Assembly: GCF_009834535.1 (NCBI RefSeq)
Contig: NC_045697.1
Span: 23,748,001 to 23,812,000, forward strand
DNA length: 64,000 nucleotides
DNA from: Camelus ferus
Lineage: Eukaryota
Direction: 5' to 3'
The position numbers and the translations under genes are program-made. Below the pieces are notes generated by a model, which saw nothing but the letters and a program-made list of their open reading frames with translations, was not told the origin of the DNA and did not search any database. Shown here in pieces: positions 12,470 to 24,539 of this stretch. How positions within the stretch are numbered: the first letter of the stretch is position 1; each line of letters opens with the position of its first letter.

Positions 12470-12672
12470 AGCTGTGTTCAAGCCCAGGACATGCTGGGAC
12501 TTGCCATTTTGGCTGCCATCACAATTACCCCTATCAGTGTCTATGCACAGATGCTGAATGTGGGTAACTATTACTGGCAGGTTATGCTGGGCGGCTCATA
12601 CAAATGAATAATCATTGGCTCATGATCACTTCAACTCCCCAGATCACTGGAATTGCCCAGCTGGGCTGAGTG
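12470..12672. repeat. Ancient palindromic MITE-like element with a central 68-nt hairpin (family unassigned)
   Basis: CTGCCA-TCAC-AATTACCC-CTA-TCAGTGTCT-ATGCAC-AGATGCTGA-ATGT-GGGTAACT-ATTAC-TGGCAG (12513-12580). Outer inverted ends TTCAAGCCCAG (12477-12487) and CTGGGCTGAG (12661-12670). Confidence 0.65.
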
Positions 12673-13739
12673 GGAAATCTAGCTAACGAGACGGATTGTT
12701 TTTTCCTATTGCATAACATACAGGTTTTCACATAGCTGTCTTTTTAAAAGTTTACCTTGAACTTTTCAATTTAAATGTTTTCATTCTTACCTTATTAATG
12801 AAAAATAATGTCATTATGCATATAGTGTATGAGTAAGACAGACGTTCAGTTAAGGATTTAAAAACATTTTGAAATTCATACTGAAACAGAACATTATTTT
12901 TCCTATGATATACTGTACAATTGCTAATGAATAGCATCAGTCCAGATGCTTACTGTGAAACTGCCACTCTTATACCATGGCTGCAATAAAATAAGGAACA
13001 CAAAGACTGTTTCTAAAGCTGAGCAGAAGTTCTGTTTTTGAATGACCCAATCCACAAATCAGCAGCTAAGCGACAAAGTAAACATCATTAGTGAGCTTTT
13101 CAGTCTATATTTACATTTTGCTACCTTTCCTCCATCCCATTTTACAAAGTTTCTGAGGATACAGCTTCCTCTTTAAATTGTCTGTGTACAATTTACTGGG
13201 CCATTAATATTAAAAGGAAATGTGCACCATATTGAGCAACTGTTAATTCACTATGAAGAAGCATACAGGGAAGAATGGGGAAAAGGCTGCTTTAATGTGT
13301 TCCCATCAGAAAGGATGATGGTACAATGTTCCTAGATGCTGTGAAAGTGAGGAATTTTTAAGAATAAGACACATGTAACCACTGCAAAGATGAAAAAGCA
13401 AGTACCCCTCGCCCCTTCAAAACCTGACTATTAATACTATTAATACAATACCCTTGGTCTATGGAAAGACAGATGTTTTAAGATTGAGATGGTTTAAGAG
13501 TATAACACTGGAAATTTCATAAGGACTTTTCTCTTGGACTTCTAAATATAATGTAAAGGGACACTGTAATTTCTAATTGGGGAGTCATTAAGTTTTCCTT
13601 GAAGTTGCTTTCCTTCTACAAGAGCAGTACCATACTTCTTTCATGGCTAATGTTGTTACTATATTAATATCTATAAATTTAGGTTTGCATTTTTTCTTTT
13701 CAAAGCATAGTTGTTTACACTGACCTCCAAGATGTAGCA

Positions 13740-14880
13740 GTATGTTGGTTTTTTCTTCTATCTTCTCAGTCTCTTTAGCATGGTTCTTCAACTGCACCTT
13801 AAATTTCAGAATTTCTTCTATCTGCAACTCACCTCTCTTATCACTTCATACACTTGGCCCAGGTAATCTCACATATTAACATTTCAATCAACATACTAAT
13901 GACTTTTTGATCTATATCGTCAGGCTATTTCTCTCACCTGAGCTCCAGTCCTAAATAGTCAAATGAAAATACAGCTTGAAATTCCAATAAAACCCTAACA
14001 CTCAACTTCATTATTCTCTCTCATACTTATTTCTTCTCTGGTGTTCTCTATGTCATTTAACAGCCTCACTGTGCACACAGGTCATTCAGGAAACCTTGGA
14101 TACATCGTGCGTTGATTCTTCCCATTCCCATATCCCATACATCAAATCAACCACCAAGTCAAGATAAATCTTCCATAATTCTGTCTACATTTCACAGTTC
14201 TGTCTCCCATTAACCTAGGAAAACACCAGCAACTATATTTTTTGACATTAGAGTAGTGTAATAACTAAATTGCCTGCCTTGATGCTAATTCATTCGTCAC
14301 TGTGCATCACAAATCACTCTCTTAATTTGATCTTATTGTTCTGTTCACTGTAGTAGCTCAATGCCTTGATAGCTCCCAATTCTCTTAGGAGAAAAGAAAA
14401 TGTCTTTATATGCCTTGCAAGTCCCTGCCTGACCTGCCTGTTAATCTATGGTTATTTCTGTGCTTATATTCCACACTCCAGACATAATGATCTACTTTCA
14501 ATTTCCCTGAGAATCATTCATTCCTTTGACCTGGCCTTTGTTATGCTGCTCTCTTTATCTAGAGCACTTTCAGTTTCTTTATCTCACTCTTACTTTTATA
14601 AAATCTCTGGATAAGGGGATACCTCTTCCAAGTCACTGGCACCCTACACAGACTTAAGTAGGTGTATCTTCTATCCCTTTATTTCCCATGGCATTCTAGA
14701 TTTCTACGATTACATTTATCATGATTTGTTGAAGATTCTTGTGTTTTTTAGCCATCTCATCCATTGGATTTCAATTTTAGTGAGGGAAAAGTGGTTTGAA
14801 TGTTTGCATTAGTATCTCCAGCACCTATGATAGGTCTTGATAGACCTCTAGTATATGTTCAATGAATGTTCAATGAATAC
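13740..14880 (+). mobile_element. L2 LINE 3' portion
   Basis: CTCTCACCTGAGCTCCAGTCC, CATCAAATCAACCACCAAGTC, terminal TATCTCCAGCACCTA...TTCAATGAATG. Confidence 0.75.
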
Positions 14881-16012
14881 AAATACAAATATATGTGTCT
14901 TTTTCCTTTGAAATGTATTTTAATCTAGTACAGTATTTCCTTATGTACTGAAGCATAGAAACACTGTCTTTAAAAATGAAAGAATTAGCCTACACTTCTT
15001 TACAGGAGTTACTCCCTCTGGTTATCCTATTCTGTCTGAAGCAATCCAATAGAAATATATAAATGGCCTGAAAACATGTAGTATTCCTCCATCTTTATAA
15101 AAGGAGGAGAAAGGAGTGCAAAAAAAGCTCAGACAGATTAAATGAAAGAAAGAATTTGGGGAGAACTACGTATTTTGATGGTACAAAAGCAAATACCTGC
15201 AAAACATAAGATGCAAATAAGAAAACTAACAAATTTAGTTTCATTCAGGTATTTAAAAAATGTAATCTAATTATCTTTGAAAATTCTAAGAGTCTTACAG
15301 ATAAGCAAATGTATTTACATTCAATTTGCCATGATTTTAACAATCATATTACCTTATTTAATATTTAGAATAATTATATGAAACAGAAGGCTATTAGAAC
15401 TATTATATGCATAACAAAATTAAAATGTAAAGAAAAATCTTGATACAAACCATGAAGGCAGTGCACACGAGGTAAAATTAATATCCAGATCCACAGTTCT
15501 TAACCTCATTCTAAATTACAACAAGCTACATCAACAAAAGGTTAATTAGAATGTACTAGATTTCCAACTAGCCCTAGGCACTGGATTAGACAATTATCCA
15601 GTTCTCTACATTGATCATTCATACATCAAAGTCCAAATTTTTTATGTATAATATATATTTTTTCTATTCCATTTAATGCAGAGTATCAGACTGTTTTGAA
15701 ATTCTAGGTTAACCAACTTTTATTAAGATGTCTTTGTCTCACAGATATGGGATAAAAGCCAGAGCAGTCAGGGAGCAGACTGAACTTCTGGCATTCTTCA
15801 GGAACCATATAATGTCTATATCCTTACAAAGAGGTTTCTCCACAATGAATATTGCCCTTCTCCATCCCATTTTCAATGCCATAATCAAAGCATTTTTGTA
15901 AAATTCAAATAAAATTATGCATACTCCAGTTCAGAAAATGTAAATGCTCTTTCACAGTTATGATAGTTTTCAATGTTGCTTATCTTACATGGATTTTCCC
16001 TTTCTTCTATGT

Positions 16013-16227
16013 CAATAATTTCAACTCAGGTTGATTTTGCCCTCTGGGGGACATCTGGCAATATATGGAGCCATTTTTAGTTTTCACAAATCGGGGAGAA
16101 GGTGCAACTATCACCTAGTGGGTATAAGCCAGGAATGTTGCTAAACATTCTCAAGGCATAGGACAATTCCTCATCAAAAAATTATCTGGCCCAAAATGCC
16201 AACAGTGCCCAGGTTGTGAAACCTTGC
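16013..16227. mobile_element. MER20 hAT-Charlie MITE (within L2 remnants at ~15780-17030)
   Basis: GATTTTGCCCTCTGGGGGACATCTGGCAATATATGGAG...AATTATCTGGCCCAAAATGCCAACAGTGCCCAGGTTGTGAAACC. Confidence 0.88.
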
Positions 16228-17639
16228 TCTAAGCTAACAATATGTTGATTCATTTATATAGCTTATGTGCCTAGTCACAAGATAAAATCCAAATTCATTG
16301 AAATTAGCATACAAAATCTTTAATACTTTAATCTCTGCTGTGTCTTAGTGTTATTTCTTGTCACTCTAACTCCTCGTTTTGGATTACTTACCACTTGAAA
16401 AATCATGTATGAATCAGTCAAGGTAAGATAAGCTGTGCCACAATGAGAAAAACCACTAAAATATTAGCAGTGTAAGACTCAGGCAGTTGGAGACTCTACC
16501 ACCTCAATGAGCTTCCATCCCAAATTGAGTCTTCAAGTTTCACTGAATCATGGTAAGATAATGGAACAGTGCATCCTGGCCCTTAACTGCTCTGTCCATT
16601 GGTAAAACCATGTTACCTTTCCTCACATTGGCCACATCCACTTGGCTAAACAAATCACATGACCTTATCTAACTTCAAAAGGAAAGCTAGACCTCTTAGT
16701 GAGCATTACTATTGTTTACTCCTGTACTTCTCCTTATTTCCAGGGCTAACTTATTCTTAACATTTAAGTTTAATTTATGCATCATTTCTTAGATAGTCTT
16801 CTTGATGCTTTTTCTTTCAAGACTTGTTTAGGTGACTTTCCTTGGCTTTCTTATCCCATCTTGTACATAAAGTTTACAGCATTTAATCCTTATTATTATG
16901 AAAGTCTGTTCACTAGCTTGCCTTTTCTAGATTATTGGCTCTTGATGGTAGGGAAAGTATCTTATTAATTGTTATATTCACAAAATACCTTATACATGAA
17001 CTGATATAATTAAATGTTTCTTTACACAAATAAAACAACCAATTAGCCAAACTGTACAATAGAAGATAAAGGATCATTTATTTTTCTATCAAACATGAGC
17101 CTCTTGCCTCTCCAGGTAACCAATAACTCATGGACTTAAAGCTCTGTTCATATTTCCTTCTTGTTCCAGTATGAAGAACTGTGTCTCAGATCATAGCAAA
17201 TGAGTTCATAGTGTCATAAAATATAACACAAGAGCATGGTAAAAATTGTATTGGATAAATTATATCAATTTTAGGGTACCCAGGGCAATAGTTTTACTTT
17301 TTTAAAAAATGTCATTACTAAGTAAAGATAAGAGACATTGTTGAGGATAGCCAAATTCTTGTTCAACCTGGATTGCCTTCAAGCAACTCAAGAGCCTTCA
17401 TTTTTAACTACAAACAGCTTTCAGCATGCCCTGAAGGAAAAAAAAAAAAAATCAGGAAAACTATAGTGAATCTAATGGGTCCCAAAGAAACCTAAAACTG
17501 AGGAAAACTGAATTTTCTCCCTCTTGCAGATGCAGCTTTTCTCATATTCACTGTGCAAAATACATACTTCATCACTGTTGCAGAAGAAAACTGAGTTTCT
17601 GCATAAATTGAGACTCTCCACTGAATAAACATTGTTGTA

Positions 17640-17880
17640 TGATTCAGTTCAGAGGAAAGGTCACTGGACTGAGACTTAAGAGACTAAAGTTCCTTCCCCA
17701 ATCTTGCTAGGTTTAGTCAGGTCACTCTGATTAAGTAACTAAGACTTTCCAGAGCCTTTATTTTTTTCAGTCGTAAAAGTGGATTTATGTAGTAATAACT
17801 GGCTTACTTCAGTTACTAACAAAAAGTAAAGCTGTCTGAATTAGAGTATATTATCAACTTTAAAAAAATGGATATAAAAG
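17640..17880 (+). mobile_element. MIR/MIR3-like SINE
   Basis: CACTGGACTGAGACTTAAGAGACT...AAGTAACTAAGACTTTCCAGAGCCTTTATTTTTTTCAGTCGTAAAA. Confidence 0.55.
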
Positions 17881-18127
17881 TTTATTATTACTATTGATAT
17901 AGCATAATTGTTAAAATAGGTCTTGAATCTTACAAGTGAAAGTTTTTTAGCTTCCAAAATCTTTTACTCTTTGAAAAACAGGCATTTTATATGTTCACTA
18001 GAAAAATTAAATAAGTATTTATAACTTGGGGAATAATATATGTTCAGTAAATGACAGATTTTTAAAAATGTATAATTCCCTAAAAATACAGCACAATAAT
18101 ACATTTTCAAAAAAAAAATAAATGTGT

Positions 18128-18184
18128 TTTATATATATGTGTATATATATATATATATACACATATATATAAAATATGTGTGTG
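18128..18184. repeat. (TA)n compound microsatellite
   Basis: Directly visible. Confidence 0.9.
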
Positions 18185-19486
18185 GAGAAGTAGATTAAAG
18201 CAGAGTTAGTATTTTCCATGAAATATGAAAGGCAAGATGATTTAGCTTTATATGTGGAAATTCAGAACACCTTCTCTAGAAAAGGGAGATCAAGACTTCT
18301 GTAGCTCTGAAATATTATCCCACCATTTAAAAAAAAATCTAAGATAAATATGAATTTAATTTGAACTGAAAACAGGGATATAAATTGTATAATCACTATG
18401 CAATTTTTAAATGGAAGGTCAGAAGGAACTATTAGGAAAAGAAGGAAACATAAAAAAACAAGAGCAACAAAGAGAAACAGCACTGATGAAATGAGAATCT
18501 GAAAACTGCGAGCCCTAATTCTTACTTTAAAGATCAGAAATGAATAGTAACGCCTGTTCCATGTCTACTGTAGGAAGCAGTATTACATGGTGATTTTAAG
18601 AGTGGGGACTATGGAACCCAGCTCTAGCATCAAACAGAACTACGCCTAGTACATAATAGGGACTCCAAAAATACTAGCTAATACTACTATCGATATCTCT
18701 GTCTTATGATTTAAAAAATCCTGATTAGCCTACAAACAAACAAAAAAGAGATCTCTGCTGTTTACTCTCAAACCCCAGGTTTCCATCCTCAGGAATGGCA
18801 GGATGAGGCAACAGAGATAAAAAGATCAGTGGATCTGTTTGCTTTCCAAGCCTGATGGGCTTGCATGGGAGGCAGAGTTTGGTATAGGATTTCAAAATCT
18901 CGTCATTAAATACAGTGGTGGTTCAAAAGTATTCCAGGTTCCCTATGATTGCAACTACTCAGTAAATATTAAACAATCAATAGACTGTTCACTTCCTCTC
19001 TTCTTTCTCTCCCCCATGGACAAAATGCAGGGGTTTGTTGAAGCCTGCTCTCAGAAACCCACTGACCTGAGTCCTCTCTTCATTTTGGAAGGTTTCACCC
19101 ACTGTGATGTGTCAAAAAGATGAACATCCTACAGAAATGAATGTATGAATCCAGTCTTCTCTTACTACAGTCCATGTATCAACTATTGTTTTTCACCCTG
19201 GGATTTCTCTGTATTAGCCTTTTTGTCCTTTACTTTCCATACACAGATATCAAGCTGGAATTTACCACCTCATACGATTCATAATAACTTAAATGTACTT
19301 TGAGGGAAATCAAAAGTAGGAAAAATAGGATCATGGATTATTTGTTAATTTGTATCATTTATAATAAAATATAAAAGGGAAAATTGTTTTTCCTTTACTG
19401 TTCCATATTAATTTCAAAGTATAATTTGGTGAATTACATATCCAATGAAATTTGTATTTTATTCATCACCCTTCTGAAAGTAAAAC

Positions 19487-19727
19487 CAGATCAAGGTTGG
19501 CAAATTTTTTTTCTATTGGATCAGACAGGAAATATTATAAGCTTTGTTGGCCACATGTAATTTTTGTTGCATTTGTATTATTCTTTATTTCATTTTTGTT
19601 TGTTTGTTTTGTTCTGTTTTGTTTTGCAAACACTTTAAAAGTGTAAGAAACATTCTTATCAAGTAGGCCATAGGGAAAACAGGCGGATGCTGAATGTGGC
19701 CCTCAGGCCATACACTGCTGATTCCTC
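19487..19727. mobile_element. MER58A-like hAT-Charlie MITE
   Basis: CAAGGTTGGCAAATTTTTTTTCT...AAACAGGCGGATGCTGAATGTGGCCCTCAGGCCATAC...GCTGATTCCT. Confidence 0.8.
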
Positions 19728-19767
19728 AATGAGACATCATATGCACTTTAAAATAAGCATGCTGAGG

Positions 19768-19873
19768 GTGATGATGCAGAGGAAGTATCTTTTCTTACTG
19801 TCCTTTTGATACTGAAAACAGTGACGATGCAGAGGAAGTGTCTTTTCTTACTGTCCTTTTGATACTGAAAACA
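19768..19873. repeat. Tandem duplication, 2 x 53 bp (51/53 identical)
   Basis: GTGA(T/C)GATGCAGAGGAAGT(A/G)TCTTTTCTTACTGTCCTTTTGATACTGAAAACA at 19768-19820 and 19821-19873. Confidence 0.97.
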
Positions 19874-19956
19874 ATCAGTGCAAAAAAATGAGAACTTTTA
19901 ACATTTTTCTGCCATTGAAAATACATAATAATCATACTTGAATTATACACACACTG

Positions 19957-20345
19957 AGGTGCGCAGCCTCTAAGATGGCTCCCGATGATCTCTGCTTACT
20001 GCCACTCAAATTCATGGGTAGTCCCCTCTCCTAGAATGTGGACTGGACCTACTGACTCACCTCCAAAGAACAGAATATCACAGAAGAGATGGTAGGTATG
20101 TCAATTCTGAAATTAGGTTATAAAAAGACTGTTCTTCCATTATGGGTATCCTTTCTTGTTTTCTCTCTCAGCTCACTTGACCTGGGAGAAACTAGCTACC
20201 GTGTTGTGAACAGTTCTAGAGAGAACTGTGGTAAGGGACTGTGTCTCCAGCTGACAGTTATCAAGAACTTGAGCCTCATCAAGATACAGAGAGTCAGCTT
20301 GGCAGGGGAGCCTCTCCCAGTCCAGCCTTGAGGTGACTGCTGCTC
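19957..20345 (+). mobile_element. MLT1 (ERVL-MaLR) LTR, 3' end missing
   Basis: GCAGCCTCTAAGATGGCTCCCGATGATCTCTGC...AGTCCCCTCTCCTAGAATGTGGACTGGACCTACTGACT...CCAGCCTTGAGGTGACTGC. Confidence 0.85.
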
Positions 20346-20545
20346 TGTGGTGGTAAATTTTATGTGTCAACTTGGCTGGGCCATGGTACACAAATATGTA
20401 ATCAAATATTACTCTGGATGTTTCTGGGAAGGTGGGATATTTTGGATGAGAGTAACACTTAAATTTGGTGGACTTTGGTAAAGCAGATTACTCCTGACAA
20501 TGTGAGTGAGCGTCATGGAATCACATGAAGGCCTTAATAGAAGGC
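20346..20545 (+). mobile_element. MLT2 (ERVL) LTR 5' portion, abutting or inserted in the MLT1
   Basis: TGTGGTGGTAAATTTTATGTGTCAACTTGGCTGGGCCATGGTAC...AAAGCAGATTACTCC...GAAGGCCTTAATAGAA. Confidence 0.88.
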
Positions 20546-20759
20546 TGTTCTCTGGGGTCAACAGAGAAGGGTTCACTGGAAAAAGGGAGCCCTATGGGTA
20601 CAAAGAGTAGAGCATTTGTTGTAAAGTTTAGTCCAAATTTTTTCCCTTTTGACTACTATACACTTTGACAATTTTTTGGTCACTTTAATGTATCTTGTGT
20701 GTGTGTGTATTTATATACACACACACAGATATATTTGTTTGTCATCTATCAGTACATAT

Positions 20760-21750
20760 TTATAAAGGCAGGAGAATTTCTGGGGCTGTTCTCTGCAGCC
20801 AAGTACACAGGGTCATTGGTTTAATACAGCTAAAGGAAAGGAAATAAAGCAATTTCCCACATAAGTCTCTCACCATCTTCAACAACTACTGAAAAAGACC
20901 CAATGGTTTACCTGGCTCCTAATGAATAATCAGGTGAATCTTCTTGGGAACTGGAATTAAATCTACCTCAAGAGAAGGAGAGTAGAGTAATCTCCGCCTA
21001 ATCTAGAGACTACAGTGGAATTCCTCTGACCCTGAAGGAAACCTGAAAACAGCTAAAATTGACAATGGTCTCTGACAACAATTTATATGTAACTGTGTAC
21101 CTCAAAGTAGAAACGGAAATGGGCTGTAACATAGATAGACCAAGCTCCCCAGTGGTTCAGGGATATGTCTGCAAAATCTTTAGTAACGTAATGTAATGCA
21201 GCAGAAGCTTGAGCCACCAAAATGAGTTAGCTATGGATTAGGGTCCATGTGGGATCAATAGAGGCAAACGTACAATTATTAGAGGATGAAGCACACAAGA
21301 AAAGGTAGAACAAAGCAAAACAAAAGCTCCTCCTCAAGATGAGCCTTTATATCAAAATTCCAAACCCCAAGATGGAAAACAAAGTTTAAAAGAAACTGTG
21401 TAAACATGAAGCAGATTACTTTGCTCCAAATGAAAAGGAAAACAGAGCATTCTAAAATGGCATTACAGTAGTATAAAGAGAAAAAAGGAATAATATTTAC
21501 AGAGGAGAACAGGAAATTAGAAAGCAAGTAGAGGCAGAAATTATATTAGTATAGATGGATATAAAAATAATTAATTAGAAAACTTTCAAATGAAAAACTT
21601 AGTCTCTAAGCATATAAAATTCAATAGGTGTTTATAAACTCTGGATGGAAGATTTGATGAATAAAGATACAGCTCTTAGAGATGTAACTAAATATGGCAC
21701 AGAGAGCCAAAAATAATGTATATATAAAAAGCAATATATTGAGGGAAAAT
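20760..21750 (+). mobile_element. Old L1 (L1M/L1ME) 5'UTR and ORF1 relic
   Basis: A-rich coiled-coil-like region after AAGATGAGCCTTTATATCAAAATT, with AATGAAAAACTTAGTCTCTAAGCATAAAATTCAATAG. Confidence 0.5.
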
Positions 21751-21755
21751 CCTTA

Positions 21756-21945
21756 TGTCTGATATTTTTTTCCATAAATGGTTAGAAGAGCCCATGGACA
21801 GTTACTTCTTTTTTGTTTTTAAGAGAAATTGGATTTATTTGGGGAGATACACCTTCCATAGACAGAGTGTGGGTTGTCTGAGAACAGCCCCAGGAGACAC
21901 ATATTCCATAGACAGAACACAGACCATCTCAGGCCAGTGAGGCGT
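21756..21945 (-). mobile_element. Partial ERV1-type LTR (U5/R end)
   Basis: Starts TGTCTGA. Contains GATTTATTTGGGGAGATACACCTTCCATAGACAGAGTGTGGG (AATAAA on the minus strand) and an internal repeat TTCCATAGACAGA x2. Confidence 0.55.
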
Positions 21946-22215
21946 CTTTGTCTGTCTGTCATGCATGCCTAGGAGTTGTGTAGAGATTATATAACTGATA
22001 CATTTGGGAAGAATAACTGAGCATTCTCTGCTGAGCTTGGCCCCTCTTTCCCTTGGGGATCAGATGTTTCAGGAAGTCAGAAGTCTCCTGTTTCTTTAAA
22101 GGCTAGCTCACTTCCTGCCATAAAAACAATCTTGCCTTAAGGTCAACACTTGCAGGTCCAGATGGGGAAGTGTGCTTAATTCTGCAGTTAAGTATTTGCA
22201 GATCCACTTGATTAA

Positions 22216-22660
22216 CATACCCGGTCATGTCCTCCAGCCTGGCTAAAATCAATAATAGAGGAGTTCTTAAGTTACCATGAGCCATTCTTGTTTTATGTTT
22301 CAAATATTTCAGAACTGAAGCAGGGAAAATGGGTGCTACTTAAGAGAAACCTGCCAGAAATCCCAATACTTGCACGGATATTATGCATATGTGTATTTAG
22401 ATTGTGTTTCTTTTTTTCTCTGCTTCTCCACTTGACATTTCCCTTCATGAGTAAGTCTGTGCAGCGGGCTGGACGTGTTGGACTTTCGGTGGGCTGGAAT
22501 AGCATATGTCAGACCGTTTCTGGCAGCTGTGTCCATTTTTCCTGAGAACCACGGGGACAGACCTGTCAGTAGTTTGATTATTCTTCCTGTTTGACAAGTA
22601 AGACCACAGGGGACATGACAAAGTTTTGGGTACTACAGGATCATCACTGTTTGGATCGTA
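22216..22660 (+). pseudogene. Possible highly decayed LTR-retroelement pol (RT) relic
   Basis: Ordered peptides LKSIIEEFL, QGKWVLL, LPEIP..FFSLLLH and (with a frameshift) KTTGDMTKF-LGTTG resemble retroviral RT motifs. Spacing is too short and no YxDD is seen. Confidence 0.3.
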
Positions 22661-23869
22661 TAAACCCATCACCTTCTGTTAGAAAGGATTCAGTGGAGTC
22701 CTTTATTTCTCCATGTTTGACAAATGGAATTTTCTATGAAAGGTACATGGATTTTTTATAGTCTCTGAGCCTTACTCTCTTCATGTATTAAAACAAATTC
22801 AGAGTAAGCAATGGGTATTCAAGCAAGAGAAAATAATTCATTGAACTATGAACACAGCAGGGATTCCCCAAAGACAGCACCCCTTATTGTGTGCTCTGAG
22901 ATTTTGTATTCATATACCAGCCTAAGCACAGTAGAATGGATGAGTCTGGCCCATGCTGCCAGCCGGACAATGGCTCTGTATCCCTAAAATATCTTCACAA
23001 ATAAAAGCCTTCTTATATAAGGAAACCCATATGAGATGGATATTCAGCACAATCATAGATATATCAGCTTTTGATATATACGTCATCTATGTGATGCCCT
23101 CTATGCTCTCCAAGGCATCTGTCAGCTTCTCTCGCTTATCTCTCACATCCCAACTCTACTTACCCACAGCTTAAAAATCAGTTTGTCCTTAGTTAGGCAG
23201 CAGACCTCTTAAAGCTTAACACTAAACCTCAAACTTAGCTTTCTCCCTGGACAGTTGGTTCTGATATGTAGCTGTCACTCTAATTGTATCTTTGGTCCCA
23301 GACCAGGTTTGCAAGGAAGAAAATGTAGCTATCTGTGTCAACCACAGAAAGCTGTTGAGCTTGCTCTGAAATATGTGCTGTCGTTAAGGCAAAGCCTTAA
23401 TGTATAAACTAATTAATGTGAGAGTTATGGAAATGGAGATAAAATCACCTACAGACTTGTCATGAACATTTTGGTTTTCATTCACTGTCTCTTTAGTAAG
23501 TTTAACTGATGGAACTCCACAATGTCAGGTGCTCGGCTTCATCATATGGTTTTCTTTTTGTCTGCTCCAAAATAGATAATAGGAAATGATGATACAATCA
23601 GGGGGAAAGCATAGGTAATGGCAACTTAAAGCCAAAGGGTAAGTATAAACTCTGGAATTTGAGTTAAACAACCTAGATGCAAGATATATATAGCTCTCAA
23701 CACAAGTATGCATGTCACTAGTCTTAAGGCAAAGTTAAGGAAAAGTAGTTTACAGCAATCTACTTACTATGTTCTATCTTATCTTTCTGTTTTCTATGAT
23801 TAATGTATGAACTCAGAACTCACTTTCTTGAGTACAGGGCAGAAGCTAAGTATAGTTAATTAATTCACT

Positions 23870-24068
23870 CAGGTATTCTCTATGTATTTCTCTGTCCAAA
23901 TTTTCCAATTATAAGGATATGAGCCTTACTGGATTTAGGGACCATCTTAACATACTATGGCCTCATCTTAACTTGATTCCATCTGCAAAGACATCATTTC
24001 TATATAATACCACATTCACAGGTTCTGGGTAGGTATGAATTTTCACAAGACATTTTTAAACCTAGTAT
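23870..24068 (-). mobile_element. MLT1 (MaLR) LTR fragment
   Basis: CTCTGTCCAAATTTTCC...TGGATTTAGGGACCATC...CCTCATCTTAACTTGATTCCATCTGCAAAGAC...CACATTCACAGGTTCTGGG. Confidence 0.85.
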
Positions 24069-24539
24069 GAGTGGTATACAAAAACATTCGGAACTATGAG
24101 AAGTGCAAATGACCACCTTTAAATCATCATGACTTACTCTTGTACCTCCTGCACAGGTATGAACATAAAGGATGGACATTTTTTGAACTTCAGCACAATG
24201 TCTTTGAACCAGTATCTAACTCCCACAGTGTGATTTTGAGAATCCTCATCAAAATTAGCACAAGCAGGAGGATGCACTTTTACAAGGCTTCATAAGTGAC
24301 ACTGCTGATGGGAGAAAGGCAAAAGGAAGGGAAAATGGCTGATGTCCCATGGTGGCTAAGAATACCTATGTCAGAATTACTCTTTAGAAGCTTTCAGAAG
24401 TTGTTGAGAAGATTCTGAGATAGAGTGAAGTATGGGGAGGGGGCTATATGTTCATCAATAGAAAGTGGGTAGAGTGAGGTGATGATAGAAAAATACGTTA
24501 CAATAGATGAAAAATATATTCCCAAAGAAGGAGGAGAAA

